Of a stretch of 41,130 nt of DNA, positions 1 to 8,404 are shown one piece after another (position 1 is the first letter of the stretch; every line of letters starts with the position of its first letter). Origin of the DNA: Candidatus Woesearchaeota archaeon (GTDB taxonomy: Archaea > Nanobdellota > Nanobdellia > Woesearchaeales > GW2011-AR9); assembly GCA_013331555.1 (NCBI GenBank), contig DUGB01000001.1:4611-45740 (forward strand), read 5' to 3'. Below the pieces are notes generated by a model, which did no database searches, was not told where the DNA came from, and saw nothing but the letters and a program-made list of their open reading frames with translations. A program made the position numbers and the translations under genes.

Positions 1-48
1 CTTTTTTCAAGAGGTTGTGGATTCGAAAGATAACCAAGAAATAAGATT

Positions 49-465
49 TTACTTTTTCAAATACGCTTCAAAAGCAGGAACGGTTGATTCCATAATGGTG
101 TAATTCTTGTAATCTTGAGGAGTTATCCAAATATTATGGTCGTGATCATCACTTAAAATGACTTGATCCGAATCAGAAAAACATTCAACAAAAATACCAA
201 TGATCTGCCACTGTTCTCCTCGTACCGTTCTTCGCCACTCACCAACATAAAACGGTTTGCCAATAGTAACAGTTAAACCTGTTTCTTCTTTTATTTCTCT
301 TAATAAAGAATCATTAAAGTATTCTCCCGGCGTTATTCTTCCTCCAACTTCACCATACTTGCCTATCTGGGTTCCATCAGTATATTTTATGGATTCTCTG
401 ACAATGAGGATTTTATTATTGTGAACAATAAATGCTTTGGCGGCAACAAAGAGTTTCGGTTCCAT
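49..465 (-). CDS. NUDIX hydrolase
   Basis: 138-aa ORF with Nudix box GGRITPGEYFNDSLLREIKEETGL (GX5EX7REUXEEXGU). A TATA-like tttatataa lies about 24 nt upstream of the ATG. Confidence 0.85.
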   Translation of the reverse strand: MEPKLFVAAKAFIVHNNKILIVRESIKYTDGTQIGKYGEVGGRITPGEYFNDSLLREIKEETGLTVTIGKPFYVGEWRRTVRGEQWQIIGIFVECFSDSDQVILSDDHDHNIWITPQDYKNYTIMESTVPAFEAYLKK

Positions 466-512
466 TAGGAATTATTAAGAAATTGTTGTTATATAAATAT
501 TTTGATGGTAGA

Positions 513-698
513 TCAAAAACATTTCTTACAGATACCTGTATCCGCAATCCCGCCGAGCATCCAATCAATGATAAAAATAATGCCAAAGATGATCCAAATT
601 ATTAATGCCCAGCGTGGGGTATTAGCGGCGATCTAATAAATGAAATTAATCACCGCAATAACAGCGGCAGTTTCACCTACATAGGATGGTGTTTTCAT
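513..698 (-). pseudogene. Small two-TM membrane protein frame interrupted by one in-frame TAG (633-635); pseudogene or readthrough candidate
   Basis: Hand translation of the minus strand gives MKTPSYVGETAAVIAVINFIY-TAG-IAANTPRWALIIWIIFGIIFIIDWMLGGIADTGICKKCF-TGA. A TATA-like ctatataaa (722-730) lies 24 nt upstream of the ATG at 698. Both halves are below the 60-aa cutoff of the ORF track. Confidence 0.35.
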
Positions 699-879
699 AT
701 TGTGTGATAAATTAATTCAAGTTTATATAGATTTACTTAATTGAATGGAGAGATGGTATACAAACTTTTCTCATTTCTTATTGAGTTGGTATATTGTCAA
801 CTTATTAATTTTAGCCGAACTATCTTTGGATGTGAAATTCTAGGAAAAGTATAAAAAGAGTATTATTCCTGAAGAGGTT

Positions 880-1485
880 ATGGATCTTAAGGATTATGTT
901 AAAGATTTTCATAGGGTATTTGATGCAGGTTATAAAACACCTTGGGAAATTACTAATAAAGCTAAAGAAATAATTATAGATTTAATGAAACATCTTGATA
1001 ATTCTTTTGTCATTAAGGATGGCGTTGCTATTCACAAAGAAGCAATTATTGAGAAAAGTACAGTCATTAGAGAACCAGTGATAATTAGCAAAGATTGTGT
1101 AGTGAGATCTGGATCTTATTTGAGAGAAGGAGTCTATCTCGCAAACGGAGTTACTATTGGACCTAACTGTGAAGTTAAATCTAGTTTTATTTTTGGAAGA
1201 ACAAGAATCGCTCATTTAAATTATGTTGGCAATTCAATAATTGGTTCTGATGTTAATCTAGAAGCTGGTGCTGTTATCGCAAATCATTTTAATGAAAAAC
1301 CAGACTCTGAAAAAAATATTAAAGTTCTGATTAATGGAGAAGTAGTTAATACAAATTCAAGTAAGTTTGGTTCTTTGATAGGTGATAAGAGTAAGATCGG
1401 AGCTAATTCAGTTTTGAGTCCTGGAACTATTCTCTTGCCAAAAACGATTGTTGGCCGTTTAGAACTTGTCGATCAACTGCAATAA
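880..1485 (+). CDS. Hexapeptide-repeat (left-handed beta-helix) transferase family protein
   Basis: 201 aa. The C-terminal two thirds is imperfect hexapeptide repeats (VIREPVIISKDCVVRSGSYLREGVYLANGVTIGPNCEVKSSFIFG...VGNSIIGSDVNLEAGAVIAN...IGDKSKIGANSVLSPGTIL). SD-like gaggt precedes the ATG. The gene is very AT-rich (a 60-nt spot count gave about 22% GC). Confidence 0.7.
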   Translation: MDLKDYVKDFHRVFDAGYKTPWEITNKAKEIIIDLMKHLDNSFVIKDGVAIHKEAIIEKSTVIREPVIISKDCVVRSGSYLREGVYLANGVTIGPNCEVKSSFIFGRTRIAHLNYVGNSIIGSDVNLEAGAVIANHFNEKPDSEKNIKVLINGEVVNTNSSKFGSLIGDKSKIGANSVLSPGTILLPKTIVGRLELVDQLQ

Positions 1486-1593
1486 TTTATGTACAATATC
1501 GTGAACTCCAATCCTATCTTCAACAAAAATAGATCATTGTGGTAATGTTTATCACTTCTTACAAAGATATAGTACCATAACTACAAATAGGAT

Positions 1594-2739
1594 ATGGTCA
1601 TAACCATAGATGAACTAAAAGTAAAGAAACCACAGGAGAGGAAAATTTCTGTGGATAATAATGATGACTTTACAGCGGTATTGGAGCTGCACCAAGGAAG
1701 AACGTTTGTGGAACGAAAATATGATGGATATGGTATCATTGTTGATACGCGCGACGATGTTCAATTATATAGTCTTTCAAAAAGTCGTTGGAATCCTGCC
1801 TGTGTACCGGAGTTACAACAAGATTTAGACAATCTTCCTCGTGGAGTGTATATCGGTGAAATCGTTGGAAAAGAAACACATCCTGGATTCACTCATCAAG
1901 AAGAGTTTGGAGCTGTCACTGCACGGAATTTAGTTCAGCCAAATGAGAGAATACAGCAATTGGCAGCAGAGCATCCGTTGGAAATACGTGTTTATGATGT
2001 TTTGGAATTGGAAGGACGCGTGCTTGCTCATACTCCACGGGAATATGTGCGGAGTATTCTGGAAGAAACAGTGCATTATGATTCTATTCTTCCTGTTGAG
2101 CAGCGCGATGTGCAACGAGCTGAGCAGTTACAAGAATTAACACGACGTTGTTTTGCAGCGGGAAAAGAAGGCTTTGTGGTTAAAAACCCACAGGCACGAT
2201 ATTCATCTTCAGCAACAGAAGTCCGTGGAGAACGAAATGATGATTGGCTGAAAATCAAGAGAGCAGTGACGTTTGATTTAGCTGTCGTAGGGTTGTATCA
2301 GACAGAAGCACGACAGCGACAGGGTTGGCCATGCTCAAATGCGTTATTGTGTACGTATAATGATGAGAGCGGCTTGTTTGAAACGATGGTAAAGTTGACT
2401 ATACCTTCGCGAGCAGTGGCGGAAGAGATGTATGAAAAAGTGAGAAAGAATATTTCTGAAAAGATAAATGATACTGTGGTGACCTATACGGAAAGAATTC
2501 CGGCAGGAAAAGTTCCTCTGTTGTATGTTGTGAATCCGTTACAGAATGCACCGGTAATAGAAGTTGGAGCGATGCAAGTTACAGCACCGCAGGATTCCTG
2601 GCATTCTTGTGGAAGAACATATGGACAAGTTCATTCATTACGCCATCCGGTCTTTGCCCGCTTTCGAGAGAAACTGCCGGTAGAAGCAACGACGACACGG
2701 CAGATTGTGGAATATGTGGGAAATGAGATTAATTTATAA
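1594..2739 (+). CDS. ATP-dependent DNA ligase, minimal type (adenylation plus OB domains, no N-terminal DNA-binding domain)
   Basis: Nucleotidyltransferase motifs: I ERKYDGYG (KxDG), III VYIGEIVG, IIIa IRVYDVLEL, IV EGFVVKNP, V DDWLKIKR. Only 381 aa. Confidence 0.8.
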   Translation: MVITIDELKVKKPQERKISVDNNDDFTAVLELHQGRTFVERKYDGYGIIVDTRDDVQLYSLSKSRWNPACVPELQQDLDNLPRGVYIGEIVGKETHPGFTHQEEFGAVTARNLVQPNERIQQLAAEHPLEIRVYDVLELEGRVLAHTPREYVRSILEETVHYDSILPVEQRDVQRAEQLQELTRRCFAAGKEGFVVKNPQARYSSSATEVRGERNDDWLKIKRAVTFDLAVVGLYQTEARQRQGWPCSNALLCTYNDESGLFETMVKLTIPSRAVAEEMYEKVRKNISEKINDTVVTYTERIPAGKVPLLYVVNPLQNAPVIEVGAMQVTAPQDSWHSCGRTYGQVHSLRHPVFARFREKLPVEATTTRQIVEYVGNEINL

Positions 2740-2762
2740 ATCGTCTTCTTTTCAAAAGTAAT

Positions 2763-3170
2763 ATGACTGGAATAATTTGGCAACCAATCGCATTATACCA
2801 ACCAGGATTTAATTTTGATATCGTTTTGGATGATCGATTTGCCGAGGAAATGATTAAAACTAATTTGTCTCAAAGCGTTCAAGAAAGAATGAATGGTTTG
2901 GGAACTGACCTCACTACAAGATTGGGCCACTCTTGGCTAAGCCCTTTTACTTTTTATGAAAGTACTGCTTTTGTGAGTCAATTTTCTTTGGGTCAAAATG
3001 GTGTTTGGTTAGTTGTAGATAATTATTTTAAAAAAGAGCAATTAGAAGATAAAAAAGCCGTCAGATATACTACTCATAATGTGGATAATTCTTCACAGGC
3101 ATATGCTTTAATGGCTTTAGTTGATCTGTGGGTTAGCTATGCCGATACGTTGAAAAGTTTACAAGAATAA
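2763..3170 (+). CDS. Hypothetical protein
   Basis: 135-aa ORF 23 nt downstream of the ligase gene on the same strand. No recognisable motif. Confidence 0.5.
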   Translation: MTGIIWQPIALYQPGFNFDIVLDDRFAEEMIKTNLSQSVQERMNGLGTDLTTRLGHSWLSPFTFYESTAFVSQFSLGQNGVWLVVDNYFKKEQLEDKKAVRYTTHNVDNSSQAYALMALVDLWVSYADTLKSLQE

Positions 3171-3191
3171 AGAATTATGGAGCATAACCGT

Positions 3192-3674
3192 TTACATTCT
3201 CTGCAATTCTTTTACTTTCGCTAATACGTCCGCAGCGTGGTCTTTGACATTAACATCCCGCCAGATCCAAGCAATTTTGCCTTGCGGATTGAGAAGAAAC
3301 GTGGTGCGGAGAACACTGAGGTATTCTCGACCCATGAACTTTTTCTTGCCCCAGACGTTGTATTGTTCAAGAACAGTATGTTTTTCATCGCTTAAAAGAG
3401 TGATGTGATTCAATTTTTGTTTTTCAAAGAATTTACAATGGCTTTTCGGTGAATCTGGACTGATCCCAAAGACCGGAGCTTTTTGCTTGACGAATTCAGA
3501 ATATAATTTTGTGAAGTCTTGTGCTTCGATCGTACAACCAGGAGTATCATCTTTAGGGTAAAAGTAAAGCACAAGCCAGTTGCCTTGAAGAGCTTTTTCT
3601 AAAGAAATAGGATCATTATCCCTATTGGGAAGAGTAAAGAGTGGTGCTTTACTGCCAATGGTAAGTTCGGTCAT
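3192..3674 (-). CDS. bcp: Peroxiredoxin, Bcp-type thiol peroxidase
   Basis: Motif FYPKDDTPGCTIEA contains the peroxidatic Cys. The start was moved to the internal ATG at 3674 (MTELTIGSKAP...) because the 20 upstream codons of the tracked ORF look non-coding. Confidence 0.85.
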   Translation of the reverse strand: MTELTIGSKAPLFTLPNRDNDPISLEKALQGNWLVLYFYPKDDTPGCTIEAQDFTKLYSEFVKQKAPVFGISPDSPKSHCKFFEKQKLNHITLLSDEKHTVLEQYNVWGKKKFMGREYLSVLRTTFLLNPQGKIAWIWRDVNVKDHAADVLAKVKELQRM

Positions 3675-3763
3675 TCTATTATTAGCGATCGTGTGGAGAT
3701 ATATAAAGATTGAGCTTAGTCTTAATAACAACATTTATATTTTGTAGACAATTCATTAATACT

Positions 3764-4162
3764 ATGCCTTTGTACGAAAAGAAGTGGTGGAAAAATGTTT
3801 TTAGAAAGGAAAAGAAAGCTAAATCAGCGGATACACTGTCCGATATTGAAGCCATACACGAATTCTTGCATGATTCCAAGAATGATTTGATAATGATGTT
3901 AGCTTTTCTGGAAGAATTTGAAGAGCTTGAGAAAGAAAGGGAAGTGGCGACACCAGGTATTCTTCACGTCAATTTGCAACGACAGGCAGAGGTTATGACT
4001 AAACTGCTGGAACATTATTCTTTTTTTGAAGATGATGTGGCAATCAATGGAATAAGAATAAAAGAAATGGCGAAGAAGCTGCTAAAGCATGCGGAACATG
4101 CTGGTATGCATGATCTTGTCAAGGAGAAAAAAGAAAATCCACACTGGCAAGGAAAGTGGTGA
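3764..4162 (+). CDS. Hypothetical charged/coiled-coil protein
   Basis: The ORF track gives 3710-4162. The likely start is the ATG at 3764 (MPLYEKKWW...). Lys/Glu-rich, no motif recognised. Confidence 0.45.
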   Translation: MPLYEKKWWKNVFRKEKKAKSADTLSDIEAIHEFLHDSKNDLIMMLAFLEEFEELEKEREVATPGILHVNLQRQAEVMTKLLEHYSFFEDDVAINGIRIKEMAKKLLKHAEHAGMHDLVKEKKENPHWQGKW

Positions 4163-4723
4163 CTAGCGAACGAAAACAAAATACTTTTCTTTGCCTTCAA
4201 GTTCGGATAAAATTCTTTTGATGACGACTTGTTTAGGATTAGGTATCAATTTAACACGGTTACGGATGTCGTCAAAACTCTCGAATAATTTTACTTTTCG
4301 AGCTTCAATAACTTCCCACATATGTTTTTTACCAAAACCAGGCAAGAGCTCAAGCTGGTGCATGCGCATGCTTAAAGGCTGTGCTTTGTTGAAAAAATCC
4401 AAAAAGCGCGGTTCGTCTTGAGAGACAACCTCTTCAACAGCAGTTTCAAGAGTATTACGTCCGGTGGAGGTCAGTTTTTCTGTGCCAATGCGGCCTTTAA
4501 TATGATGAATTTCATCACGCTTGCCTTCACCAATATAGACACTTTGACCTGGCTGGAGGAAAATGCCTTTCTTAGGGATGAGTTCAAGAACGGTAAGATG
4601 TGTTGTGCCAAGAGCTTGGACAATCGGTGTTTTCATCGCCGCATCATCAAAAGGATACCCATGAGGGAGAAAATCTAGCACAATGGCGTTCTCTTCACGG
4701 ACAGTTTGTTGTGGCGGGATCAT
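4163..4723 (-). CDS. DUF655-family helix-hairpin-helix nucleic-acid-binding protein
   Basis: AIVLDFLPHGYP...FLDFFNKAQPLSMRMHQLELLPGFGKKHMWEVIEAR...FESFDDIRNRV matches the family as I recall it. It sits downstream of L21e and rpoF, the conserved archaeal gene order. The gene ends in TAG. Confidence 0.8.
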   Translation of the reverse strand: MIPPQQTVREENAIVLDFLPHGYPFDDAAMKTPIVQALGTTHLTVLELIPKKGIFLQPGQSVYIGEGKRDEIHHIKGRIGTEKLTSTGRNTLETAVEEVVSQDEPRFLDFFNKAQPLSMRMHQLELLPGFGKKHMWEVIEARKVKLFESFDDIRNRVKLIPNPKQVVIKRILSELEGKEKYFVFVR

Positions 4724-4776
4724 AGGGTTAGAATTCCGGCGGTGTTAATAAAAATTGCGTTTTGAAACACACCGCG

Positions 4777-5124
4777 TTAGGAGACGATTTCTTTCACCGT
4801 CGCGGCAATGCTCTCCTGGTCTTTTTTGGCCAGGCTCACATTGTACCCTTGGAAGATGATTTTAACATCGTTCGGGGTTTGGGGCAGAAAATCAAGAATT
4901 TTAGTAATATGTTCTTCTTTAAGACGAGTCACGTCGAGACCGGCAAGTTTTTTCAGAAGCTGTTCTTTTTTCTCGGATGAAAGAGGAGTGAATAAGTCAA
5001 CGTATTCTTTTACTTTCGTCGTGGTATGACCAAGCTGCTGGTCACGTTTTTCAATGTGCTTGATGATTTCGTGAACGTCAGATAAAGGTACTGGTTTTTG
5101 TTCTATGAATTTGGGGGAAACCAT
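4777..5124 (-). CDS. rpoF: DNA-directed RNA polymerase subunit Rpo4/F
   Basis: 115 aa, located 7 nt downstream of the L21e gene in the conserved L21e-RpoF-DUF655 arrangement. Sequence is helical and charged (VPLSDVHEIIKHIEKRD...). Confidence 0.75.
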   Translation of the reverse strand: MVSPKFIEQKPVPLSDVHEIIKHIEKRDQQLGHTTTKVKEYVDLFTPLSSEKKEQLLKKLAGLDVTRLKEEHITKILDFLPQTPNDVKIIFQGYNVSLAKKDQESIAATVKEIVS

Positions 5125-5131
5125 GGGACAT

Positions 5132-5428
5132 TTATTGTTTTTTTAAGTGGATAGGATGCACGTAGAGAAGCTTTTGCTTGTCTCCATCATTAACAGTGAC
5201 TTGATAACAGAAACCACGACGACCAGTTACGGTGCCAGTAAGACCATGAAATCGTGGATAGAAACGACCTTTGTCAATCGAGGAATTGATGATGAGATTA
5301 ACTTTGTCACCATCTTTAAGATCTTGAAAGTATTGGCTTAAAGGGATTTTTCCCCGCTCTTTGTAATGTTTAATGTACTTATAGCGTGTCTTACGCTGTT
5401 GCGTACCAATACGTCCTCCCATGGTCAA
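5132..5428 (-). CDS. rpl21e: 50S ribosomal protein L21e
   Basis: 98 aa, GTQQRKTRYKY...FYPRFHGLTGTVTGRRGFCYQVTVNDGDKQKLLYVHPIHLK. A TATA-like ctttataaat lies about 20 nt upstream. Confidence 0.9.
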   Translation of the reverse strand: MTMGGRIGTQQRKTRYKYIKHYKERGKIPLSQYFQDLKDGDKVNLIINSSIDKGRFYPRFHGLTGTVTGRRGFCYQVTVNDGDKQKLLYVHPIHLKKQ

Positions 5429-5509
5429 TCAAATTAGGGGTTGATTTATAAAGATTTCGGCAGTTAAAAAAGAGTTTTTTGATTATTCTTGAGAATGAGT
5501 GTAATTAGT

Positions 5510-5884
5510 CTATTGAGGAAATAGTTGTCTAATTTGAGCGACGATCTTATCGTCATCATAAGGTATTGCTGTCCATTGAGCAATATCTTGTGATCCTACA
5601 AAACCACAAGCTTCTAATTCACTCCGACGGCCATAATCTGCTCCAATGACGGAAATATGTCTGGATCTTAGTTCTCTTATTAGTTGAGCACTTTGATCAA
5701 AAATTTGGCCAGGAATAGTCGGATTGACAACAGCAACAGTATAGCGTGAATCTTCTCTCGCTAGTAAATCTAGTGCACCTCGATATGCGGCAACATGATC
5801 AACCCGAGGAAAATTACTTTGAAGAGCTTCCCGCGTAGATTCCGTTCTATCTATTTCATCAACAAACAAAACATTAATTGTCAT
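5510..5884 (-). CDS. Stand-alone CheY-like receiver domain, probably degenerate
   Basis: 124 aa. N-terminal VLFVDE acidic pocket. The expected phospho-acceptor position reads AVVNPTIPG (Asn instead of Asp). The conserved Lys is not evident. Confidence 0.4.
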   Translation of the reverse strand: MTINVLFVDEIDRTESTREALQSNFPRVDHVAAYRGALDLLAREDSRYTVAVVNPTIPGQIFDQSAQLIRELRSRHISVIGADYGRRSELEACGFVGSQDIAQWTAIPYDDDKIVAQIRQLFPQ

Positions 5885-5943
5885 TGAGTCCGCAATATAA
5901 AGAGGTTTATTTAAATTTTTCTGTATTAATTACTAAAAAGTCA

Positions 5944-6142
5944 TGAGAAATTCGCTGAAAGTGTCTCACCCCGCCATAAATGGCGAGGCTTGAACATAGA
6001 CACTTTCTTTGATAGGCGAATTTCTGTGACACAAGAAAGCGAAAGCTTTCTGTGCAGAATGTTTTTTACATTCTTGCACCAGAAAAGCAGAAAGACAGCA
6101 TTCATCCCCGATCTAAAGAACGGGGCTTTCTGCTTTTCTCAG
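5944..6142. repeat. Cluster of six stem-loops (palindromic-element cluster or structured ncRNA; strand undetermined)
   Basis: Pairings read directly from the sequence: 5946-5955/6016-6025 (10 bp) enclosing 5958-5966/5998-6006 (9 bp) and 5969-5976/5981-5988; 6030-6040/6045-6054 with a GAAA loop; 6056-6062/6068-6074; 6081-6094/6126-6139 (14 bp) enclosing 6106-6110/6121-6125. Confidence 0.6.
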
Positions 6143-6164
6143 TGTAATTATTATGGTGGAGCAA

Positions 6165-6173
6165 TTTTATAAA
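6165..6173 (+). promoter_or_regulatory. TATA box for elp3 (leaderless-type spacing)
   Basis: ttttataaa ends 28 nt before the ATG at 6201. The same box type occurs upstream of most genes in the window. Confidence 0.5.
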
Positions 6174-6200
6174 GAATAGTAAAAATAAGTTGTTAACACC

Positions 6201-7886
6201 ATGGAACAGGAATTTTATATCGAGATCATTGGATCATTGAAAGAGAAGCAGTATTCAGAACGGGAGTTGACAAAACTAAAGCGAGATTTAGCACTCAAAC
6301 ACAAACTAAAGAAAATTCCAACGAATATTGAAGTTCTCCTCCATGCCGATGTGAAAGATATTCCGGCTCTACGAAAAGTATTGCTGACAAAACCTGTTCG
6401 CACTATTTCAGGAGTGTCGCCTCTCGCCATCATGACCGCACCGCATCGCTGTCCGCATGGGAAATGTACGTTCTGTCCAGGAGGAATTGGCTCACCGTGG
6501 GGTGATGTTCCGCAATCATACACCGGCCATGAGCCGGCAACAATGCGCGCAATACGCAATAAATATGATCCTTATTTGATTGTCTTCAATCGCTTAGAAC
6601 AGTATGCCATTCTCGGACACAGCTTCGATAAAGTTGAATTTATTATTATGGGTGGAACGTTTCCTTCTATTCCGAAAGCCAATCAAGAAGAGGTGATTAA
6701 GGACGCCTACCGCGGGTTGAATGATTTTGCAGAACTCTTTTTTGACGCAGAAGGTGAATTTGATTTTTTGAAGTTTAAAGAATTCTTTGAACTGCCGGGA
6801 GATATTCATAACCTAACGAGAACAAATGCAGTGCAAGAAAAGATTTTGAAATACAAGCAAAAAAGAGAAACAACACTTGAAGAGGAACAACAACGGAATG
6901 AGACGGCAGAAATTCGTTGTGTGGCGTTGTGCATCGAAACAAAACCAGATTGGGGATTTCTTGACCATGGAAATGAAATGCTCCGCCAAGGCTGTACACG
7001 GGTTGAATTAGGAATTGAATCGGTGTATGATGATGTGTTAAAAATAGTTCATCGGGGACATACCGCCGCAGATTCAATAAAATCCATCCAAATTCTGCGT
7101 GATTTAGGTTTCAAAATTAATTTTCATTATATGCCGGGATTGCCGCTGACGGACAAAGAACGGGATGCGGCGGGAATGAAGCAATTGTTTACCGATCAAC
7201 ACTATCGACCGGATATGATCAAAATGTATCCGTGCATGGTTGGACCAGGAACGGCGTTGTATCAACAGTATAAATTAGGAAAATTTACGCCGTTAACGAC
7301 GGCACAAGCAGCAGATTTACTGGTGGAATGGAAAAAGGAAGTACCGGAGTATTGCCGGATTCAACGCATTCAACGAGACGTGCCGACGAAGTATTGGGAG
7401 GCGGGCGTTGATTTGACTAATCTACGACAGTACATGCTTGATCATTATGATGTCCGATGCCGTTGTATTCGTTGCCGTGAACCAAAAGGAAAAGTTGTAG
7501 ATTGGAATAATGTGAAAATTAAAGTAATGGAATATGAGGCATCAAATGGAAAAGAATTTTTTATTGCTGCGGAAGACATAACGAACGATATTTTGATTGG
7601 GTTTTGCCGCCTGCGATTTCCAGGACAGTATTTACGATCAGAGATAACACCAGCGAGTGCGCTAATTCGAGAATTACATGTGTATGGAACAGCAACAGCA
7701 ATCGGAGAAGATGGCGTTGTACAGCATCGCGGTTGGGGAAAGAAGCTGATGGAAAAAGCGGAGGAGATTGCTAAACACCATGGTAAAGAGAAAATGGTTG
7801 TGATTGCAGGTGTCGGTGTGCGGGAGTATTATCGATTGAAATTAGGGTATGAACGAGAATGGATGTATATGGTTAAGAAGTTGTAA
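6201..7886 (+). CDS. elp3: Elp3-type tRNA uridine(34) modification enzyme (radical SAM plus GNAT acetyltransferase)
   Basis: 561 aa. Radical-SAM Cys cluster CPHGKCTFCPGG. The C-terminal GNAT region is ...LIRELHVYG...QHRGWGKKLMEKAEEIA. Confidence 0.95.
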   Translation: MEQEFYIEIIGSLKEKQYSERELTKLKRDLALKHKLKKIPTNIEVLLHADVKDIPALRKVLLTKPVRTISGVSPLAIMTAPHRCPHGKCTFCPGGIGSPWGDVPQSYTGHEPATMRAIRNKYDPYLIVFNRLEQYAILGHSFDKVEFIIMGGTFPSIPKANQEEVIKDAYRGLNDFAELFFDAEGEFDFLKFKEFFELPGDIHNLTRTNAVQEKILKYKQKRETTLEEEQQRNETAEIRCVALCIETKPDWGFLDHGNEMLRQGCTRVELGIESVYDDVLKIVHRGHTAADSIKSIQILRDLGFKINFHYMPGLPLTDKERDAAGMKQLFTDQHYRPDMIKMYPCMVGPGTALYQQYKLGKFTPLTTAQAADLLVEWKKEVPEYCRIQRIQRDVPTKYWEAGVDLTNLRQYMLDHYDVRCRCIRCREPKGKVVDWNNVKIKVMEYEASNGKEFFIAAEDITNDILIGFCRLRFPGQYLRSEITPASALIRELHVYGTATAIGEDGVVQHRGWGKKLMEKAEEIAKHHGKEKMVVIAGVGVREYYRLKLGYEREWMYMVKKL

Positions 7887-7957
7887 ATCTGTTTAAGTTA
7901 TTACTATTAAGGGATATATTTAGAAATATTTATAAATAGAATTAAGTTTAGAATACT

Positions 7958-8392
7958 ATGGCAAGAACAAGAAATGCTGCGTATGCAGCTTTAATACTCA
8001 ATAACGTGGGAGCTTTGACTGGCTGTGGAACTGAAGTTGATTCTGAACCATTAGACAGACTTCAACGTCAAGATGTTGCAAATCAATGCTATACTGATTC
8101 TGAAATGAATGCACGACGTAGTATTGTAGAAGAGTTTGATGGCCATAACGGCGATGTGCATCCAGGCCGACTTCAAGCAGCAACATTAGTTGATATGCAG
8201 CGATTTATGGGATATTGCTTAACGGGAGAATTAGGATATGATGTTGGCTGTGCAGCGTATGTTGATGGAATGAGTGTTGATGTTATTGAAATGATTAAAG
8301 AAAGAAAACACGGTGACGTTCTTTTCCAATGCACAAGCAGAGATAAAAAAGGAAATCGACGCGTTGATTACAAACAAACTTTTTCACTATAA
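7958..8392 (+). CDS. Putative lipoprotein, paralog 1
   Basis: Lipobox LTGC at residues 20-23. Four further Cys and several motifs (RLQA, FQC) are shared with the next gene. Confidence 0.6.
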   Translation: MARTRNAAYAALILNNVGALTGCGTEVDSEPLDRLQRQDVANQCYTDSEMNARRSIVEEFDGHNGDVHPGRLQAATLVDMQRFMGYCLTGELGYDVGCAAYVDGMSVDVIEMIKERKHGDVLFQCTSRDKKGNRRVDYKQTFSL

Positions 8393-8404
8393 AGGGGAGA
8401 GCAG

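Noticed and set aside
633-635. Genome-wide TAG reassignment
   Set aside because: At least two confident genes (the DUF655 protein at 4163 and tgt at 39201) terminate with TAG at sensible C-termini. A global recoding is therefore unlikely.
5944-6142. A second multi-intron or permuted tRNA, an H/ACA or C/D sRNA, RNase P RNA or SRP RNA
   Set aside because: No D-arm or T-arm halves or GC-rich 7-bp acceptor could be assembled on either strand. No ACA box follows any stem, and no proper C/D box spacing exists. The CCUCGCCA-UUUA-UGGCGGGG hairpin is not followed by a D arm. The region is left unclassified.
5990-6172. 60-aa ORF in the ORF track
   Set aside because: It lies entirely inside the hairpin cluster. 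The frame is generated by palindromic sequence, no promoter sits at the right distance, and the composition is unlike neighbouring genes.
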